A stretch of DNA of 13,488 bases from Candidatus Zixiibacteriota bacterium. Lineage in GTDB: Bacteria; Zixibacteria; MSB-5A5; GN15; FEB-12. Both the position numbers and the translations under genes were made by a program. The notes under the pieces were generated by a model, which saw only the letters and a list, made by a program, of their open reading frames with translations, searched no databases and had not been told where the DNA came from. Below are positions 8,285-13,488 of this stretch, piece after piece. The stretch covers positions 1 to 13,488 of the forward strand of contig JBGSIV010000159.1 in assembly GCA_041742355.1 (NCBI GenBank), given 5' to 3'. How positions within the stretch are numbered: the stretch's first letter is position 1; each line of letters starts with the position of its first letter.

Positions 8285-8721
8285 GACAACACCTCGGCTT
8301 TTCCGCCGGCCGCTTCGATCTTGCTGGCCGCCGATTTGCTGAATGCTGCTGCTTTGACCGTGTAGGCTTTCTCCACCGCGCCGTCGCCGAGCACCTTGAC
8401 CGGGACGCTGGTGGAGCGGATCAGTCCGACCTGCAGGAGAATGTCGGGCGTGACCTCGGTGCCGGGGCACCGGGCGAGGTCGGCGACGTTGACGATCTGC
8501 CAGGTCTTTTTGAAGATATTCGTGAAGCCGAACTTGGGCAGACGCCGGATGAGGGGCATCTGGCCGCCTTCACGCCAGGCATCGTGCTTAAAGCCGCTGC
8601 GGGCCTTGGCGCCTTTATGGCCGCGGCCGGAGGTTTTGCCCAGTCCGCTGCCGGAACCACGGCCGACCCGCTTGCGGGTTCTCTTCGCGCCTTTCGGCGG
8701 TCTCAGGGTATGCAATTCCAT
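8281..8721 (-). CDS. rplO: 50S ribosomal protein L15
   Basis: RKRVGRGSGSGLGKTSGRGHKGAKARSG, EGGQMPLIRRLPKFGF, KIEAAGG. Confidence 0.98.
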   Translation of the reverse strand: MELHTLRPPKGAKRTRKRVGRGSGSGLGKTSGRGHKGAKARSGFKHDAWREGGQMPLIRRLPKFGFTNIFKKTWQIVNVADLARCPGTEVTPDILLQVGLIRSTSVPVKVLGDGAVEKAYTVKAAAFSKSAASKIEAAGGKAEVLS

Positions 8722-8737
8722 CGGGGCCTCTGTTTCT

Positions 8738-8920
8738 CTACTCTATCTCTTCCACCGCCACCAGGTGGTTGACGGCGCGAATCATGCCGCGTATCTGCGG
8801 CGTGTCGTTGTGGACGACGGACCGTCGGATCTTGCCCAGTCCGAGCGCCTTGATCGTGCGCTTCTGTGGCTCCTTGCGGTCGATCGTACTCTTGATCTGC
8901 GTCACTTTCAGCTTGCCCAT
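8738..8920 (-). CDS. rpmD: 50S ribosomal protein L30
   Basis: [43 protein letters not shown]. Confidence 0.97.
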   Translation of the reverse strand: MGKLKVTQIKSTIDRKEPQKRTIKALGLGKIRRSVVHNDTPQIRGMIRAVNHLVAVEEIE

Positions 8921-8946
8921 AGTGCCGTCGTCTCCTCGCGGCGCGC

Positions 8947-9429
8947 CTACTCGGCGTCGCGCGCCTTGGCTTCCTGTTCACGCGTCTGCAGCGCCGCGAG
9001 GCCGTTCATGGTCGCCTTGACCATATTATACGGATTGCGGCTGCCCAGGGTCTTGGCCAGAATGTCCTGAATACCGACGGACTCCAATACGGCGCGGACC
9101 GCGCCGCCCGCGATCACGCCCGTGCCGGGCGATGCCGGCCGCATGACCACTTTCGTCGCACCGTACTCGCCGTCGATCCGGTGCGGGATGGTTCCCTTCA
9201 GCAGGCTGACCTGGGTCATGTTTTTACGGGCCGCCTCGGTCCCCTTGCGAATCGCATCGGAGACTTCCGGCGCCTTACCGTGGCCGATCCCGACCCGGCC
9301 GTTTCGGTCACCGACTGCCACCAGTGCGGTAAACGAAAAACGGCGGCCGCCTTTGACCACTTTGGCCACCCGCTTGACCGATATTACTTTTTCCTCAAAT
9401 TCGAGGTTTTCCATCTCAAAGCGCGCCAA
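8947..9429 (-). CDS. rpsE: 30S ribosomal protein S5
   Basis: [52 protein letters not shown] start with GAGGTG SD. Confidence 0.98.
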   Translation of the reverse strand: MARFEMENLEFEEKVISVKRVAKVVKGGRRFSFTALVAVGDRNGRVGIGHGKAPEVSDAIRKGTEAARKNMTQVSLLKGTIPHRIDGEYGATKVVMRPASPGTGVIAGGAVRAVLESVGIQDILAKTLGSRNPYNMVKATMNGLAALQTREQEAKARDAE

Positions 9430-9467
9430 TATGCACCTCTTTTAGACTAAGAAATAACTCATTGTCG

Positions 9468-9842
9468 TTAGAACTTCAAACCGCCCTTACGCGCCCCCTC
9501 GGCGACCGCCTTGATGCGGCCGTGGTAGCGGTAGCGGTTGCGATCGAAAACGACCGCTTCAATCCCATGGGACTTGGCCTCCTGAGCGAGAATCTCGCCC
9601 ACCTTCTGGGCCACTTCCACTTTGGTCATTTCCGGTTTGAGCTGCGCGGCGACGTTCTTCGAATTGGAAGCTGCCGCCACCAGGGTCATCGCCCGATCAT
9701 CATCGACAATCTGCACGAAGATGTTCTTCAATGACTTGGAAACGGTCAGCCGCGGGCGTTCGCCGGTTCCATGAACCTTACCGCGCACGCGCCGACGTCG
9801 ACGCTCAGCCCGCTCAAATTTGTGGATACTCTTGTCAGCCAT
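9468..9842 (-). CDS. rplR: 50S ribosomal protein L18
   Basis: GTGERPRLTVSKSLKNIFVQIVDD, VVFDRNRYRYHGRIKAVAEGARKGGLKF. Confidence 0.97.
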   Translation of the reverse strand: MADKSIHKFERAERRRRRVRGKVHGTGERPRLTVSKSLKNIFVQIVDDDRAMTLVAAASNSKNVAAQLKPEMTKVEVAQKVGEILAQEAKSHGIEAVVFDRNRYRYHGRIKAVAEGARKGGLKF

Positions 9843-9859
9843 CGTTTAACTACTCTCTC

Positions 9860-10399
<540 letters not shown>

Positions 10400-10413
10400 C
10401 GTTTCGTCCTTTC

Positions 10414-10815
10414 CTACCAGCAGCGCAGCAGCACTTCGCCGCCGACGCCTTTGCGGGCCGCCTCAAAGTTGGTCATGACGCCGCTCGAAGTCGAAAGCAC
10501 GAACAGACCGCGCGTGTTGTACGTCGTCTGACGGGTCCGCTCCGCGTCGTAGTACCGGCGCAGCCCGGGACGGGAGACGCGCTGGATCCCCTTGAGCACC
10601 GGCTTGTCGCCGGCCACGTACCGGAGGTACACGCGCAGGATGCCCTGCTTGTTGTCCGGCAGGTCGATCACGTCCTTGACAAATTTGTGTTCCTTGAGAA
10701 TCCGGATAACTTCCCGCTTCAGGTTGGATGCGGGAACGTCGACGGCGTTCTTCTTCGCCTTGGAACCGTTGCGAATTCTCGTCAACAGGTCGGCGATGGG
10801 GTCAGTCATGCTCAT
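10414..10815 (-). CDS. rpsH: 30S ribosomal protein S8
   Basis: MSMTDPIADLLTRIRNG, VSRPGLRRY, LSTSSGVMT, GVGGEVL. Start corrected to ATG 10815 (GGGAG SD upstream). Confidence 0.97.
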   Translation of the reverse strand: MSMTDPIADLLTRIRNGSKAKKNAVDVPASNLKREVIRILKEHKFVKDVIDLPDNKQGILRVYLRYVAGDKPVLKGIQRVSRPGLRRYYDAERTRQTTYNTRGLFVLSTSSGVMTNFEAARKGVGGEVLLRCW

Positions 10816-10837
10816 TGTGCTTTCGCTCCCACTTTCC

Positions 10838-11023
10838 TTACCAGCTGGCCTTAACCACGCCGGGCAATTCACCGGCCAGGGCGAGCTGCCGGAAACATAT
10901 GCGGCAAAGTCCGAAGCGGCGCAGGAACGCCCGGGGACGGCCGCACCGACGGCACCGGTTGTAGCCCCGCACCTGGAACTTCGGTTTGCGATTACATTTC
11001 TCTATCAGGGATTTCTTCGCCAT
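10838..11023 (-). CDS. rpsN: 30S ribosomal protein S14, type Z (zinc-binding, 61 aa)
   Basis: MAKKS...[11 protein letters not shown]...LCRICFR...[11 protein letters not shown]; two CxxC pairs. Confidence 0.98.
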   Translation of the reverse strand: MAKKSLIEKCNRKPKFQVRGYNRCRRCGRPRAFLRRFGLCRICFRQLALAGELPGVVKASW

Positions 11024-11030
11024 GACACCT

Positions 11031-11570
11031 CTACTTGCGGAACGGCATCCCGAATTCCTCCAACAGCTGGCGGGCCTCCTGGTCCGTCCGGGCTGTGGTG
11101 GCGATCGCGATGTTCATGCCGCGCACTTTATCTACTTTGTCCAGGTCGATCTCAGGAAAGATCAACTGCTCTTTCAACCCCAGGTTGTAGTTGCCGCGCC
11201 CGTCGAACGCCTTCGGACTCACCCCGCGGAAGTCGCGGATACGGGGGATAGCGACGTTGAGGAGCCGATCCAGAAATTCATACATTGCTTCGCGGCGCAG
11301 CGTGACCGTGCAGCCGATCGGCATCCCCTTGCGGAGCTTGAAATTCGAGATGCTCTTGCGCGCCCGGGTCACCAGCGGCTTGCGCCCGGTGATCTTGCCG
11401 AGATCCTCCACCGCCGCATCGAGCGCCTTGGAGTTCTCGGTCGCCTCGCCCACCCCGATATTCAGGGTCACGTGGCTGATGCGCGGCACCTGCATGATGG
11501 ATTTGTACCCGTTCTGCTTCATCAGCTTGGGTACAATCTCCGTGACAAATACTTCTTTAAGCCTGGCCAT
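11031..11570 (-). CDS. rplE: 50S ribosomal protein L5
   Basis: [57 protein letters not shown]. Confidence 0.98.
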   Translation of the reverse strand: MARLKEVFVTEIVPKLMKQNGYKSIMQVPRISHVTLNIGVGEATENSKALDAAVEDLGKITGRKPLVTRARKSISNFKLRKGMPIGCTVTLRREAMYEFLDRLLNVAIPRIRDFRGVSPKAFDGRGNYNLGLKEQLIFPEIDLDKVDKVRGMNIAIATTARTDQEARQLLEEFGMPFRK

Positions 11571-11581
11571 GGCGGTATACC

Positions 11582-11899
11582 TCAGATCTCCTCACCGGTC
11601 TTGGCGTCGACTCGGACGCGCCGTTTCTTACCGTCTTCTTCGAGCGTGCGGGTCGCGATGCGGACCGGGCCGCCCTGCGACGAGCTGTACAGGGCAAGAT
11701 TGCTCAGAGCGATCGGGCCCTCGATGCTCACGATGCCCCCCTTCGGGTTCCGCTGTGTCGGCCGCTGGTGCCGCTTGCGCATGCGGATGCCCTCGACGAC
11801 GGCGGTGCCCTTCTTGAGGTTCACGTGGAGCACCCGTCCGGTCTTGCCCCGGTCGGCGCCGGTCAGCACGTATACGGTGTCATTTTTCTTAATTCGCAT
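11582..11899 (-). CDS. rplX: 50S ribosomal protein L24
   Basis: KOW motif [35 protein letters not shown]. Confidence 0.96.
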   Translation of the reverse strand: MRIKKNDTVYVLTGADRGKTGRVLHVNLKKGTAVVEGIRMRKRHQRPTQRNPKGGIVSIEGPIALSNLALYSSSQGGPVRIATRTLEEDGKKRRVRVDAKTGEEI

Positions 11900-11920
11900 A
11901 GATTACTCGGCCTCCGTCGC

Positions 11921-12286
11921 CTACAAAACCTCGGGTGCGAGGGAGATAATTTTCATGAACTTCTTCTCGCGCAGCTCGCGCGCCACCGGCCCGAAAATGC
12001 GGGTCCCCCGGGGTTCGAGCTGGTCGTTGATTATCACCGCGGCATTGTCCGAGAACCGAATCAGCGATCCGTCCTTGCGCCGCAGCGACGATTTGGTCCG
12101 CACGATGACGGCCCGGCAGACTTCGGATTTTTTCACCGTTCCGCCCGGGATCGCCTCTTTGACGGTAACCACAATGATGTCTCCGATGGACGCATATTTC
12201 TTGCGCCCCCCGAGCACCCGGAAGCACATAACCTTCTTGGCGCCGGAGTTATCGGCCACATTCAGCAGCGTGTATTCCTGAACCAT
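11921..12286 (-). CDS. rplN: 50S ribosomal protein L14
   Basis: [60 protein letters not shown]. Confidence 0.98.
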   Translation of the reverse strand: MVQEYTLLNVADNSGAKKVMCFRVLGGRKKYASIGDIIVVTVKEAIPGGTVKKSEVCRAVIVRTKSSLRRKDGSLIRFSDNAAVIINDQLEPRGTRIFGPVARELREKKFMKIISLAPEVL

Positions 12287-12340
12287 GAGTCATTCACCTC
12301 TGCAACGCTAACGAATCTCGATTCCTATTGCCGGTTCCGC

Positions 12341-12607
12341 TTACTTCGCCCGTTCGACGATCTCGATCAGGCGCCAGCGCTTCTTGGCGGACAGCCGGCG
12401 GGTCTCCATGACGCGCACCAGGTCGCCCTCGCGGGCCTCGTTCTTCTCGTCGTGGGCGTAGAGCTTGGAGGTCGTTTTGGACGTCTTGTAGTACAGCGGG
12501 TGCGGACGCGTCCGCTCCAGCTTCACCACAATCGTCTTCTCCATCTTGCTGGAGGTGACCCGCCCTTCGCGGACCTTGCGGCGACTTCTTTCAACCGTAT
12601 CAGTCAT
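12341..12607 (-). CDS. rpsQ: 30S ribosomal protein S17
   Basis: [50 protein letters not shown]. Confidence 0.97.
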   Translation of the reverse strand: MTDTVERSRRKVREGRVTSSKMEKTIVVKLERTRPHPLYYKTSKTTSKLYAHDEKNEAREGDLVRVMETRRLSAKKRWRLIEIVERAK

Positions 12608-12632
12608 CTATGCTACCTCTTCTGCGATCCTT

Positions 12633-12884
12633 CTAGGCCTTCTTGCCGGATTGGGGGAGAATGGACGTTTTCATGTCGGCCAGACGACGAATACCCTTGG
12701 CATCCTCGGCGAGGATCGTCTCGATCTTGGCAACCTCGCGGCGGATCTGGCGCAGGCGGAGGGGGTTATCCAGCGCCTTGAGTGACCGACGCATCCGCAG
12801 ATTGAACTGCTCGTCGAGCAGATCACCCTTCTTCTGCAGAAGCTCTTCGCGCGTCATCTCGCGCAGCGACTGTACCTTCAGCAC
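12633..12884 (-). CDS. rpmC: 50S ribosomal protein L29 (83 aa, with C-terminal extension)
   Basis: LREMTREEL, QFNLRM, LDNPLRLRQIRREVAKIETIL. GTG start with an AAGGAG SD inside the rplP 3' end; position between rplP and rpsQ. Confidence 0.94.
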   Translation of the reverse strand: MLKVQSLREMTREELLQKKGDLLDEQFNLRMRRSLKALDNPLRLRQIRREVAKIETILAEDAKGIRRLADMKTSILPQSGKKA

Positions 12885-12887
12885 CGA

Positions 12888-13310
12888 CTAAACTCCTTCC
12901 GTTTCGACACGGGACACAAACTTCGTTTTTAGCGGCAGCTTGTTCGCGCCCAGGCGCAGCGCCTCGCGCGCCGCCGTCTCCTCGACGCCCTGGATCTCAA
13001 ACAGGATGCGGCCGGGCTTGATCACGGCAACCCAGTACTCCGGCGCTCCCTTGCCTTTTCCCATGCGGGTTTCGGCCGGCTTCTTGGTCACCGGCTTGTC
13101 CGGGAAAATCCGGATCCAGATCTTGCCGCCGCGCTTGATCGAACGCGTCATCGCGATACGCGCCGCTTCGATCTGCCGGTTGGTGAGCCAACAGGGCTCC
13201 AGGGCCTTCAGGCCGAACTCGCCGAAGCTCACCGCGGCGCCGCCCTTGGCCTTGCCGCGCATGCGGCCGCGCTGTTGCTTGCGGAACTTGACTTTATTGG
13301 GCATCAACAT
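12888..13310 (-). CDS. rplP: 50S ribosomal protein L16
   Basis: [64 protein letters not shown]. Confidence 0.98.
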   Translation of the reverse strand: MLMPNKVKFRKQQRGRMRGKAKGGAAVSFGEFGLKALEPCWLTNRQIEAARIAMTRSIKRGGKIWIRIFPDKPVTKKPAETRMGKGKGAPEYWVAVIKPGRILFEIQGVEETAAREALRLGANKLPLKTKFVSRVETEGV

Positions 13311-13339
13311 GGGCTATAACTCCAACTTCTCGACCGCTC

Positions 13340-13488
13340 TTACTCAGAAGGTTTGGCATTGCTGTCGCCGCCGCGAGGGGCATCGCCTTTGTCTCTAATC
13401 TCGCCGCGGGGACGCGGAGGAGCAGCTGCTTCCGGCCGACGGCCGCGGGGAGCCTGCCCGTCGCCGGGACCACCGGTCCGGCGGACTT
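13340..13488 (-). CDS. rpsC: 3' end (low-complexity C-terminal tail) of probable 30S ribosomal protein S3
   Basis: An open frame entering from the right edge reads ...[48 protein letters not shown] (TAA at 13340-13342). Identity rests on synteny (rpsC precedes rplP) and on R/G/P-rich tails being known in S3. No conserved S3 domain lies inside the window. Confidence 0.7.
   Translation of the reverse strand, partial: VRRTGGPGDGQAPRGRRPEAAAPPRPRGEIRDKGDAPRGGDSNAKPSE

Noticed and set aside
8285..8470. 62-aa N-terminal extension of SecY in the ORF track (also the track's extensions on RpoA and S8)
   Set aside because: These are longest-ORF artefacts. The SecY and S8 extensions overlap the upstream genes, and SD-supported starts at 8284, 3633 and 10815 match family N-termini.
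11530..11600. Possible E. coli-type S8 operator at the rplX-rplE junction (short palindromes GGTATACC and GCCATGGC)
   Set aside because: I could not build a long stem with the h21-like internal loop. The palindromes are too short to support a call.

Overview
A GC-rich bacterial core-genome window with every real gene on the minus strand. In transcription order (right to left) it holds the distal S10, spc and alpha ribosomal protein cluster: rpsC (3' end), rplP, rpmC, rpsQ, rplN, rplX, rplE, rpsN (type Z), rpsH, rplF, rplR, rpsE, rpmD, rplO, secY, adk, map, infA, rpmJ, rpsM, rpsK, rpsD, rpoA, rplQ. A clear intrinsic terminator closes the cluster. A separate putative operon follows, with a sigma70-like promoter, an uncharacterised single-pass membrane protein, plsY and gpsA (which runs off the left edge). 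rpmJ, gpsA and the rpsC tail are missing from the ORF track and were translated by hand. I see no mobile element, CRISPR array, RNA gene or defence system, and no evidence for a new multi-gene system. The most interesting signals are cis-regulatory: a near-identical 19-20 nt motif about 20 nt upstream of both rpsM and rpsD, and a hairpin covering the rpoA ribosome-binding site. The unknown membrane protein heading the plsY-gpsA unit is also worth a look.
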